A DNA stretch of 64,000 nt from Nitrospinales bacterium (GTDB lineage Bacteria > Nitrospinota > Nitrospinia > Nitrospinales > VA-1). The notes beneath the pieces are model-generated. The model was not told the DNA's origin. It saw only the letters and a program-made list of their open reading frames with translations, and made no database searches. Of this stretch, positions 10,047 through 19,217 are shown one piece after another. Position 1 is the first letter of the stretch. Each line of letters opens with the position of its first letter. The DNA lies in the NCBI GenBank assembly GCA_965223345.1, contig CBDCWG010000012.1, positions 576,001 through 640,000 on the forward strand, written 5' to 3'. Both the position numbers and the translations under genes were made by a program.

Positions 10047-10879
10047 GGTGCTGTCTCCGCCAGGCGCGGAAGCTGGGCGGCTTTGCCCAGTTCCCATTTG
10101 TCGTGCAGTTTGGCGACGGTTCCGTCTTTCAGCAGAGCCTCCAGGGCCGCGTTCACTTTTTTGAGCAAGTCGGTGTCCTCTTTTCTCAGAACGATGCCGT
10201 AATGTTCATCGGTCAGGATCTCTCCCACCATTTTTATCTGTTCAAAAAAATCCTGGCGGTGATTTTTGTAATACAATGTTCCCGTGCTTTCGCCGAGCAC
10301 CGCATCCACCTCGCCTTTGATGAGATCCGCCACCGCATGCCCGTAGGCATCGTAGCCCTTTTTTCGCACAGCCGGATCTTTCTCAAGAAAAAAATACGCC
10401 GTCGTTCCCCGCGTGGCCGCTGCGAGCAGGTTTTTGGCTTTGATGTCGTCGATCGAATCGATGCCCTCGCTGTCCCGCCGCACAACCAGAGCCAGTCCGC
10501 TTTTGAGATAGGGAATCGAAAACGCCATCCGCTTTTTACGTTCTTCAAGGATCGTCACCGAACTGATCACCATGTCGAATTTCCCGGTGATCAACCCGCC
10601 GAACAGTCCCGGCCACGCGACGGTGATGAGTTCGATGTCGAATCCGGCCCGTTCCGCGATCGCCTGCATGAGATCCGGTTCGAACCCCATCAGCTGATTG
10701 TTCTCCCCCCTGAAAGACATGGGGATCAACGTGGTGTCGGTGGCCACTTTCAGAGTTTGGCGCGAGGCGGGCGATTGTTTTTCTTCCGAACAACCGGTCA
10801 GGGCGGAAACGAAAATGAAAAGCAGCACCGCCTGCAAAAACGCATGGAGACGATTTCGTTTATTGAATGGGAAAGGCAT
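10043..10879 (-). CDS. Amino acid ABC transporter substrate-binding lipoprotein (SBP family 3)
   Basis: Lipobox LTGC, plus GKFDMVISSVTILEERKKRMAFSIPY. Confidence 0.92.
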   Translation of the reverse strand: MPFPFNKRNRLHAFLQAVLLFIFVSALTGCSEEKQSPASRQTLKVATDTTLIPMSFRGENNQLMGFEPDLMQAIAERAGFDIELITVAWPGLFGGLITGKFDMVISSVTILEERKKRMAFSIPYLKSGLALVVRRDSEGIDSIDDIKAKNLLAAATRGTTAYFFLEKDPAVRKKGYDAYGHAVADLIKGEVDAVLGESTGTLYYKNHRQDFFEQIKMVGEILTDEHYGIVLRKEDTDLLKKVNAALEALLKDGTVAKLHDKWELGKAAQLPRLAETAP

Positions 10880-11996
10880 CGAGAGCGGGTTCGGGAGCGG
10901 GGGTGGATTCGAAAAGCAGAATGTCGCGGCCCGACACAAAAAGCGGAACCCGTTTCTCCACTTTCAGGTTGACCGGGCGCGTTCCTTCGGGCGTGTTGCC
11001 TCCGGAAACCAGCAGTTTGTGTCCGCCGGCGATCTCCACCTTGAACTGGGTCTGGTTGCCGTAAAATATCTTTTCCTGAATGACCGCGTCCAGCTGGTTC
11101 ACCGGCTCCGGAATCCGGTCCTTGCCGGAAAAAAAGATCCGCTCCGGCCGGATGAAGCAATCGACCTGCCTGCCTTCCAGAAACTTGCGGTCGGAATGGC
11201 ATCTTAGGGTGAGTTTTTTGCCGAGCGAGACCACCGTTTTGTCGGGCCCCTGATATTTCACCGTGCCGCCGAATTGGTTGATGGTTCCTAAAAAACCGGC
11301 CACGAACGGCGAATTCGGATGATTGTACAGCGCTTCCGGCTCGCCGACCTGCAACAGCCGTCCTTTTTCCAGGATGCCGATGCGGGTGGCGAGGTTCATC
11401 GCTTCTTCCTGGTCGTGGGTCACGAACAAAAAGGTGATGCCCAGCGTCTCCTGGATTTCCTTGAGCTCCTCGCGCAGGCTTGTTCTGAGGGTGGCGTCGA
11501 GCGCCGACAAGGGTTCATCGAGCAGCAGGATCTTGGGGCGGTTGACGATGGCGCGGATGATCGCCACGCGCTGCGCCTCGCCGCCGCTCAAACGGGCGGG
11601 CATGGCGTGCTTCAGCCCTTCCAGGTGTGTGATATTCAACAGCTTGTCGATGCGCTTGGCCAACAGGTCCTCCGAAAGCCCACGTATCCGCGGCCCCACC
11701 GCGATGTTGTCGTACACGCTCATGTGCGGGAACAACGCGTAACTCTGAAAGATAAAGCCCACCGGTCGTTTCTCCACAGAAAACGGTTCCATGTCCTCGC
11801 CGCCGATGTGGATCGTGCCCTGATCCGGAGTCTCGAATCCCGCGATCAGGCGCAGGAGCGTGGTTTTGCCGCAACCGCTGCGGCCCAGAAGCACGAAGCG
11901 CTCACCCGTTTGAACCGTGAGGGACAGATCGCGGATCACGGTTTTGAAACCGAAAGACTTGGAAAGCGAATCGAGCCGGACCACACAAAACCTCAT
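10860..11996 (-). CDS. ABC ATPase of the PotA/MalK type with a C-terminal TOBE-like region
   Basis: GRSGCGKTT, FQSYALFPHM, LSGGEAQR, LLDEPLSALD and VTHDQEEAM. Likely start at 11996. Confidence 0.92.
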   Translation of the reverse strand: MRFCVVRLDSLSKSFGFKTVIRDLSLTVQTGERFVLLGRSGCGKTTLLRLIAGFETPDQGTIHIGGEDMEPFSVEKRPVGFIFQSYALFPHMSVYDNIAVGPRIRGLSEDLLAKRIDKLLNITHLEGLKHAMPARLSGGEAQRVAIIRAIVNRPKILLLDEPLSALDATLRTSLREELKEIQETLGITFLFVTHDQEEAMNLATRIGILEKGRLLQVGEPEALYNHPNSPFVAGFLGTINQFGGTVKYQGPDKTVVSLGKKLTLRCHSDRKFLEGRQVDCFIRPERIFFSGKDRIPEPVNQLDAVIQEKIFYGNQTQFKVEIAGGHKLLVSGGNTPEGTRPVNLKVEKRVPLFVSGRDILLFESTPAPEPALDAFPIQ

Positions 11997-12082
11997 TTTT
12001 GTTAAAAACTTGAAACCCGAGCGCATTTTATATAAATTTGCGGCTCTATGACACCACCTTGTTGTATTTGGACGAAATCGAC

Positions 12083-13348
12083 ATGCAGGTATTGATCGTG
12101 GGCGGCGGCGGGCGCGAGCACGCCCTGGCCTGGAAAATAAAGCAAAGCCCCAGTGTGGACCGCATTTTCTGCGCCCCCGGCAACGCAGGCACCGCACTGT
12201 GTGCCGAAAATCTCAATCTCGCCGCCGATGACATCGAGGGACTCCTCGCCTTCGCGGAAAAAAACAATATCGGATTGACTGTGGTGGGACCGGAGCAACC
12301 GCTGGTGGCCGGGATCGTCGACCGGTTCCAGGAAAACAGCCTGCGCATTTTCGGGCCTTCGGCGAAGGCGGCCGAGCTGGAGGGCAGCAAGGCGTTTTCC
12401 AAGGATATGATGAAACAATACGGTATCCCGACCGGGGATTACCGGGTGTTTCATTCTGCGGAGGAGGCCCGTGTCTACGCCGGGAAACAATCCGACCCTC
12501 TGGTCGTCAAGGCCGACGGTCTGGCGGCGGGAAAGGGCGTGCTGCTTTGTGCGAACGGGGACGAAGCAGCGCAAGGCATCCAGTCGATCATGGAGGAAAA
12601 AGCATTTGGTGACGCCGGCAACAAGATCGTCATCGAGGAATTTCTCAAGGGGCAGGAAGTTTCGCTTTTGGCATTCACGGATGGAAAGACAGTTCTGCCG
12701 CTCGATTCCGCACAGGATCACAAGGCGGCGTTCGACGGGGACACCGGCCCCAACACGGGCGGTATGGGTGCCTATTCCCCGGCGCCCATATTCACACCCG
12801 CTTTCAAAGATGAGGTGATGCAAACGGTTATGGTTCCCATGGTGCGCGCGATGGAACAGGAGGGCCGCGTGTACCGGGGGATTCTGTATGCCGGGCTCAT
12901 GCTGACGGCGGCGGGACCCAAGGTGCTAGAGTTCAACGCCCGCTTCGGCGATCCCGAGACGCAGCCGTTGCTGGTGCGCATGCAGAACGACATCGTGCCG
13001 TTGTTCGAAGCCTGCATCGATGGCACTCTGGATAAACAGAACCTGAGCTGGAAAAACGAGTCGTCGGTCTGCGTGGTCATGGCGGCGGAAGGTTATCCGG
13101 GTTCCTACGCCAAGGGCAGGGCGATCGAAGGTCTAAAGGAGGCGGAAAAGATCGATGGCGTGGTGGTATTTCACGCCGGAACCAAGGCTGTGGATGGCGC
13201 TGTCTGCACCAACGGCGGCCGCGTTTTGGGTGTCACCGCGTTGGGAAAAGACACAGCCACCGCCATCGGGCTCGCCTATCAGGCGGTGGAAAAAATCCAC
13301 TGGCAGGGAATCCATTACCGCAAGGACATCGGCAAACGGGCAGGATGA
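12083..13348 (+). CDS. purD: Phosphoribosylamine--glycine ligase
   Basis: GGGGREHALAW, KADGLAAGKGV, GPNTGGMGAYSP and EFNARFGDPETQ. Confidence 0.98.
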   Translation: MQVLIVGGGGREHALAWKIKQSPSVDRIFCAPGNAGTALCAENLNLAADDIEGLLAFAEKNNIGLTVVGPEQPLVAGIVDRFQENSLRIFGPSAKAAELEGSKAFSKDMMKQYGIPTGDYRVFHSAEEARVYAGKQSDPLVVKADGLAAGKGVLLCANGDEAAQGIQSIMEEKAFGDAGNKIVIEEFLKGQEVSLLAFTDGKTVLPLDSAQDHKAAFDGDTGPNTGGMGAYSPAPIFTPAFKDEVMQTVMVPMVRAMEQEGRVYRGILYAGLMLTAAGPKVLEFNARFGDPETQPLLVRMQNDIVPLFEACIDGTLDKQNLSWKNESSVCVVMAAEGYPGSYAKGRAIEGLKEAEKIDGVVVFHAGTKAVDGAVCTNGGRVLGVTALGKDTATAIGLAYQAVEKIHWQGIHYRKDIGKRAG

Positions 13349-13390
13349 AGATCGGCGTTGGAGTGTCAGGCTGGCGGACTTGCACGCTGC

Positions 13391-13771
13391 TCAGTCGAGT
13401 TGCGGTTCCTTGATGTCCTCGACCTTTTCCATCTGTTTGTCGAACAGTTTGTGCGAAAGGTACCAGGACCCCCAGGAAATCACCGCCACGGTCGCCAGGC
13501 CGATGGCGGCCCACAGGCCGACGTTGCCGGAAACGGACATGCCGCGTAAAAACACGAACGCCCCCAAAGGCAGTGCCATGATGAACCCGAAACAGGTGAG
13601 AAGCATCGAGCTGCGCGCGTAATATTTGGGGCGCACATCGATGTTGAGCTGGCCCAGGTATTTCTGGTTTTCCGGTTCCGCCGCATCGAGCAGCGGCACC
13701 TCGCCCTCGCATTTCGGGCAGAACTGCCCGCCCCAGAAGGCGTTTTTGCATTGCAGACAGAATTTGACCAT
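13391..13771 (-). CDS. Small membrane protein with an N-terminal CxxC-x9-CxxC zinc ribbon
   Basis: MVKFCLQCKNAFWGGQFCPKC followed by two TM segments. Confidence 0.75.
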   Translation of the reverse strand: MVKFCLQCKNAFWGGQFCPKCEGEVPLLDAAEPENQKYLGQLNIDVRPKYYARSSMLLTCFGFIMALPLGAFVFLRGMSVSGNVGLWAAIGLATVAVISWGSWYLSHKLFDKQMEKVEDIKEPQLD

Positions 13772-13842
13772 TAGCCGGTAGCGTCCGATTGAAGAATGAT
13801 TTAGGATACCCTTTCGGATACAACGAATCAACGACCAAAACC

Positions 13843-14643
13843 ATGGCCAACCCAACCATCACCGTTTTGACTCACGGCGGCGCGGGCTCCGACGCGAAAC
13901 ACGCCGACGGCACCCACAAAGCCGCGCAAACTTGCGTGGAATCAATCCGTTCGGGAGATCCGCTATTGCAGTCTGTAAGCCGGGCTGTGGCCGTGCTGGA
14001 GGACGATTCCCGCTTCAATGCTGGAATCGGTTCGCATCCCCGATCCGATGGGTCGGTGGAGATGGACGCCGCGGTCATGGATTCTTCCGGACGCTTCGGT
14101 GCCGTCGCCGCTCTCAAAGGATTCAGAAACCCGGTACATGTGGCCCACGCCATCGCAAAAACCCGCTACCGAATTTTAGCCGGTAGCGGAGCCGCAGACT
14201 TTGCGGCAAACGGCGGATTTGAATCACTGGATCGGAGTCAGGTAACCGCGAAAGGGCAGGATTTTTCCACCCGCGAACCGACCACCGACACCGTGGGATG
14301 CGTCGCCTTCGATGGAATCGGATTTGCCGCCGGGCTCAGTACTGGCGGTATCGGTAACGCCATCCCCGGACGCGTGGGTGATGTGCCGCTGATCGGGTGC
14401 GGCTTGTATGCCGGCCCGCAAGGCGCCATCGCCGCCACCGGCAGTGGCGAAGCCATCACCATGAACCTGACCGCGATCCGCACCTATCAGAAAATCGAAC
14501 AAGGAGAGACACCAGAAAAGATCCTTGAGGATGTATTAAGTTGGTTTCAAGCCGATGAAGCATTCGGCATTTTGATCTTGAGTCGTAAAGGGTCCGCAGG
14601 GGGGGCCAATCGGTCCATGGCGTGGTCCACCCTAAAGGATTGA
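13843..14643 (+). CDS. Isoaspartyl peptidase / L-asparaginase (Ntn hydrolase)
   Basis: HGGAG, FNAGIGS, EMDAAVMD, DTVG nucleophile, GRVGD and ATGSGE. Confidence 0.93.
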   Translation: MANPTITVLTHGGAGSDAKHADGTHKAAQTCVESIRSGDPLLQSVSRAVAVLEDDSRFNAGIGSHPRSDGSVEMDAAVMDSSGRFGAVAALKGFRNPVHVAHAIAKTRYRILAGSGAADFAANGGFESLDRSQVTAKGQDFSTREPTTDTVGCVAFDGIGFAAGLSTGGIGNAIPGRVGDVPLIGCGLYAGPQGAIAATGSGEAITMNLTAIRTYQKIEQGETPEKILEDVLSWFQADEAFGILILSRKGSAGGANRSMAWSTLKD

Positions 14644-14763
14644 ATGTGTTTAACAAAACACATAAAAAATTCCAAAATACAAGGGAGGAATTTTACCTTA
14701 AAGAAACTGTCTGATTACACGAGCCCTATTGGTATAGAAAAGGGTAAAGTTCAAACAGTCCCT

Positions 14764-14807
14764 AATCCAATCACAACATCTAGACCCGTTTTTTTGGGGG
14801 CAAGTCA
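14764..14807 (-). mobile_element. Solo IS3 terminal remnant
   Basis: aatccaatcacaacatctagacccgtttttttgggggcaagtca is nearly identical to the IS end at 44423-44465 (aatcctaacacaacatctggacccgtttattgggggcaggtca). Confidence 0.8.
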
Positions 14808-14861
14808 TTTAGAGTAATCGATCGGATCTAGGGGAAATAATCATTTTGGCACAGAGATTTA

Positions 14862-15104
14862 CTATCTAGTTTCTTTTCTTTTTTTATGAAAGTCCAGCAA
14901 TTCACTGGGCTTTACTTTTAGTGCTTTAGCGATTTTGCATATATTAAGCAATCCTACATTTCTCCTTCCCTGTTCAATTCCTCCAATATAAGTACGATCT
15001 AGACCGCATTCAAAGGCCAATTCCTCCTGAGACCAACCATAGTCTTTGCGTAGCATTCGCACCCTTCTTCCAAATAGAATTCTGGGATCGGCCTTCAAAT
15101 TCAA
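14862..15104 (-). CDS. XRE-family HTH, restriction-modification controller (C protein)-like
   Basis: FGRRVRMLR..GWSQEELA..GLDRTYIGGIEQGRRN, with a C-box upstream. Confidence 0.88.
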   Translation of the reverse strand: MNLKADPRILFGRRVRMLRKDYGWSQEELAFECGLDRTYIGGIEQGRRNVGLLNICKIAKALKVKPSELLDFHKKRKETR

Positions 15105-15164
15105 TTTGCCTCATTTGGGAGAGGAAAATAATAAAAGAAATAAACTCCCAAAATTGAAGCAGTT

Positions 15165-15198
15165 TGATGACTTTAAGTCTACGGACTATAAGTATCAT
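15165..15198 (-). promoter_or_regulatory. C-box double operator
   Basis: Minus strand ATGATACTTATAGTC-CGTA-GACTTAAAGTCATCA: two GACT-NNN-AGTC-type boxes with a central CGT, the architecture of C.Esp1396I/C.AhdI operators. Confidence 0.8.
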
Positions 15199-15356
15199 TT
15201 GAAAAGCCCCGCCCTGGTAGTTATACTGAGTTATGGGCGCCACAAATAACTACAAATATTGACCTTATTTCCACATAGAAACCGAAAATCGAGGGAATTA
15301 AATGCCCTAAATTGGCAAACAAAGTCTAAATATGAACACAATGGAACGAGGAGACC

Positions 15357-15839
15357 ATGATGCTTAGATTAATTTTATTTTTGATATTCTCATATTTATT
15401 TACCCAACCCTCTTTCGCGGAAATATATAAATGGGTAGATGAAAATGGAAAAACCCATTTTACAAATAACCTTTCACAAGTACCTCAAGAAGAAATAAAT
15501 AAGCAAAAGATCGGAAAATCAAAAAAGGGCTTTAAAGGCAAAGTATTTGGCATACTTGTAACTTGCAAAAAACCTCTTTCACCTGATGGTAAAGAAAAAA
15601 TAGCGAGTTATTATAAAGGCTATCAACGGGCAGTATCAAGGTTCGGAAAGAAATCCGTTAGGATATATCAACTAAATGAAGAAGGCACTAAATGGTGCGA
15701 ACTTTTGGGGGAAAATTCATTGACCTGCGCAAAACAGAAGCGCAAATATGCGAATAAAAAAATGGAATTTTATCAAAATATGGTGCTGTCAACTTTCGTC
15801 TTAGAAGGATGTAAGTTTAAAAAATCAAAAACAGGTTAA
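15357..15839 (+). CDS. Secreted protein with a DUF4124-like N-terminal domain
   Basis: Signal peptide followed by AEIYKWVDENGKTHFTN. GAGGAG RBS. Confidence 0.8.
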   Translation: MMLRLILFLIFSYLFTQPSFAEIYKWVDENGKTHFTNNLSQVPQEEINKQKIGKSKKGFKGKVFGILVTCKKPLSPDGKEKIASYYKGYQRAVSRFGKKSVRIYQLNEEGTKWCELLGENSLTCAKQKRKYANKKMEFYQNMVLSTFVLEGCKFKKSKTG

Positions 15840-15889
15840 ACGATATTGAATCGATACTTTTAGCAAAATTAATATATAAGGAAGATCAA

Positions 15890-16160
15890 TTCTCTACTTT
15901 ATTTAGAGTAGAGCAGACTTCCACTATCATATTAGAAACCATAGCTGCATAGGGTATGGTTTGTAACTCCATATGCCCTCCATCTTCTGTCCGCTTTAAT
16001 TCCTCTACTACGAGATTTTTTGACATTGTCTATATCTAATAGATCATTCTGGCGTCTTGAATCCTCCCATTCACCAAATATCTCCCCTATCACTTGTGTG
16101 TCATTCGAGACTATTTCTATTTTCTTCCGTAAGAATCGCTGGAGATCTTCTTTCTCCTTT
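15890..16160 (-). pseudogene. Fragment of a PD-(D/E)XK (NucS/DUF91-like) endonuclease gene
   Basis: Manual translation gives KEKEDLQRFLRKKIEIVSNDTQVIGEIFGEWEDSRRQNDLLDIDN, a frameshift near 16020, then NLVVEELKRTEDGGHMELQTIPYAAMVSNM. Not in the ORF track. Confidence 0.75.
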
Positions 16161-16539
16161 TATTTCTCAATACGGTAGTTTTAAAATTGCTATTGATTTA
16201 TGAACTTCCAAACTTATTGATTTTTTCAGTAAAGAAAAATGGACAAAAGGGTCTAGAGAAAACCCAACCTCACAAACTCATTTCTCAGTTTTCCAGAGGT
16301 AGGGTCTTCAACAGAAGCTATTCTTTTATTTGCATTTACAAGCTTCCTGTTATTGGTATCAAGGGGGGGGGGTGAAAGACGAAATACAAAGAATAAAGGG
16401 TGGCCCCAAATTGGACCCAATCAACCTAATTAATTGTTAATATTACCTCTTCCTATGAGTGGCAATCAGAGGGTGCTATTTCCCACCGTTTGCGTTATCC
16501 TTCCCAAATACACGATAAATTCAAATAAATTGGTGGGTT

Positions 16540-17603
16540 ATGGTGAGTTTCCAAAAACGCAGGAAAAAGCATGGAAAAACCGTTTTTCGGGCCCGAGTGC
16601 GGCTCACTGGGCACCCAGATCAATCGGCCACTTTTGAACGAAAAACTGATGCCCGCTGCTGGGCGACGGCAAAAGAATCTGAAATCCGTGAAGGGCGGCA
16701 CTTTAAAACCTCTAAAGCCAATCAGCATACTTTAGGTGAGTTGATCGATCGATACATCCAATCTGTGCTACCTAAAAAAAGTGAATCCATGCAGGTAAAT
16801 CAGTACGGTCAGCTTTTATGGTGGAAAGAAAGATTTGGGGAGAAACGTCTATCAGAGATGAGTCCCGCGATGATCGCTCAAGGCCGGGATCGATTGCTGA
16901 ATGAAATTGGGTTTAAAGGTAAAAGCGATCTCATGCATCTGTCAATCGTCATCTTGCTGCAATCTCTCATGCTTTCACCATTGCCATACGTGAATGGGAT
17001 TGGATGGATGAAAACCCCATGAGTAAAGTTTCAAAACCCAAAGAATTTCAAGGAAGAGTGCGGTATCTCAATGATGAAGAGCGGAATCGTTTGCTGAAAG
17101 CTTGCCGAGAAATTAAAGAACCCTTTCTGTATCCCGTCGTGATTTTAGCCTTATCCACGGGTGCCCGAAAATCAGAGATCTTAAATCTAAAATGGGAAAA
17201 TGTCGATTTTACTCGTTGCATGGCCATCATCCATGCAACCAAAAACGGCGAGCGTCGCGCCCTACCGTTATCGAGTGAGTCACTTACAGTTTTAGAAACG
17301 CTTAAGAGAAATAAACGAAAAGACTCGAAACTTTTGTTTCCAAATATGAAAGGGGATAAACCCTTTCAGGTTGATCCTTCCTGGAAATTAGCACTAAAAC
17401 AGGCTGAGATACATGACTTTAGGTTTCACGACCTCAGGCACTGTGCAGCGAGTTATTTGGCGATGAATGGAGCGACTCTGTTGGAAATAGCGCATGTTCT
17501 GGGTCACAAAACATTAAGGATGGTAAAACGTTACTCGCATTTGAGCGATCAACACATTGCGGGAGTTGTGGAGAAGATGAATCGGATGATAATAGGGAAG
17601 TAA
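16540..17603 (+). pseudogene. Tyrosine recombinase/integrase split by a 1-nt frameshift
   Basis: ORFs 16540-17022 and 17004-17603 join if the A4 run at 16921-16924 were A5 (GFKGKKRSHASVNRHLAAISHAF...). Catalytic R, K, HDLR, LGH and Y are intact. Confidence 0.9.
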
Positions 17604-17819
17604 ATTAGCTGAGTCTAGTATGGAGGAAAAGGGGAATTCTGCATTTTAGCTCTTTTGCCCCTGGAAGCATTGGTACGTAATTATTATAGTTTCTAAATTC
17701 CCTTGAAATAGCATAAGTTTCAAAGATTAGAGGATAAATAGTCTGCTTTGCTTCTTAAGTCGGATTTATAAAGTAAATGCTTATTTCAAATTCTAATTTC
17801 TATTAATCGGATAAATCCT

Positions 17820-18251
17820 TCAATGCATATGAGTATTCCCGGCGATTATATGATTCATAAAATTTAATATTCGACGTTTTTTCAATATCAACATACTCCC
17901 TACTAATAACCCCAAACCATTAAAGAAAAGATCTAAAATCTCAAATTTTCGCTCAGCTATTTGGGATTGATATATTTCCAGGCAAAAACTCATTAAAAAT
18001 ATAAAGAATGATATTTTAAACAGACTCATTTTATCTTTATTGAATCCCCAAAGCACAATTAAAGAAAGATACAAAAATAAATGGCCCCACTTATCAATTC
18101 CTAATAAAAATAAATCATATGCTGGTATTAATGGTTTATTATTCAATGAAAAAAATAAAATAATTAATAAAATTATAAATCCCCCAAATATTCTAGCAAT
18201 ATCGCTCAACGCTTTTATCACCGAAAAAAAAGATTTTCTATATAGCCGCAA
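17820..18251 (-). CDS. VanZ-like membrane protein
   Basis: DKWGHLFLY, LEIYQ...R and DLFFNGLG motifs. Confidence 0.8.
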   Translation of the reverse strand: MRLYRKSFFSVIKALSDIARIFGGFIILLIILFFSLNNKPLIPAYDLFLLGIDKWGHLFLYLSLIVLWGFNKDKMSLFKISFFIFLMSFCLEIYQSQIAERKFEILDLFFNGLGLLVGSMLILKKRRILNFMNHIIAGNTHMH

Positions 18252-19051
18252 ATTTCACCGAATTGACCAATACCGTCTTGAATAGAACCCAGAATTTAAG
18301 CATATCAAAACATCATTTCATCTCTCTTGGAATATTTATCAAGAAATCTACAACCACTAAGAAAGTTAATTATTTTTCACGAAAGACCACCTGGAGTTGA
18401 GATCGATAATTCCAAGAATATTTGTAATAGCATATAATCTTTAAATTAACTATCTTTCCACTTGATTAATCAATAAAATTCGAACCTTGCAAATATTTAC
18501 CCCACTTGTCCAATACAGCCAGCTCTAAAATACTTAAAAAATTTTCTTCCTTATAAATTCACCTCCCCTTCCAGCCTTGTTTTGAGTTGTCATATAGTTC
18601 ACTTGCCTCAAGAATTATGACGAAACTCCAGATTGGTTATTTGATCTTGACTCATTAAAAGTAGAAATTTATTAATTTTTCCATGAAGTTCGTGAACTTA
18701 ACTCACACCGCATTTTTTTCTTCCGTCGATTTCTCTGTGAAATGACCTGATACTCCTATAATAAGAGTCCTTCAATAAAATTTTACCTCTCTAAAATAGA
18801 GGTATCGTTCCGTAAACTTTCTTCTCAAAAACAATTTCAAAAGCGTCAAAATATCCTTCACTATCAATGGGTTTCCCACCTATTCACCATAGATTTATTG
18901 ACGCCCTAGAGGAATGAAACTTTTTCTATCTGTAGGTAATTAAAAATATATTGAATCAAAATACCCCCCACCTTTTTATTTTATTACCTTTTTAAGATCT
19001 CAACATACTCCTTTGAAATTATTAATAAAACCTCACTTACCCCAACCAAGA

Positions 19052-19067
19052 AGGCATAGATATTGCT
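19052..19067 (+). promoter_or_regulatory. sigma54 (-24/-12) promoter for the EPS operon
   Basis: AGGCATAGATATTGCT with exact GG-N10-GC spacing. Confidence 0.7.
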
Positions 19068-19217
19068 ACCTCACCTCAGGTAACTTCTAAAAAAATACTT
19101 TTTTATAAACACGAAATATAAGTGAAAAGTTTGCTGAGGATTTAAAAGCTATCTGATTTTTAATTCCTCTAATTTAGTGAAGTACTTCTTAAAACACAAA
19201 AGGTCAATTGGAGTTTT

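Noticed and set aside
11997..12197. N-terminal extension of the ABC ATPase in the ORF track
   Set aside because: It overlaps purD on the opposite strand, and the ABC domain starts near 11996.
16905..16930. Programmed -1 frameshift in the integrase
   Set aside because: The GGGTTTA and TTTAAAG heptamers are not in the required codon phase, and the -1 frame has a stop just before the junction.
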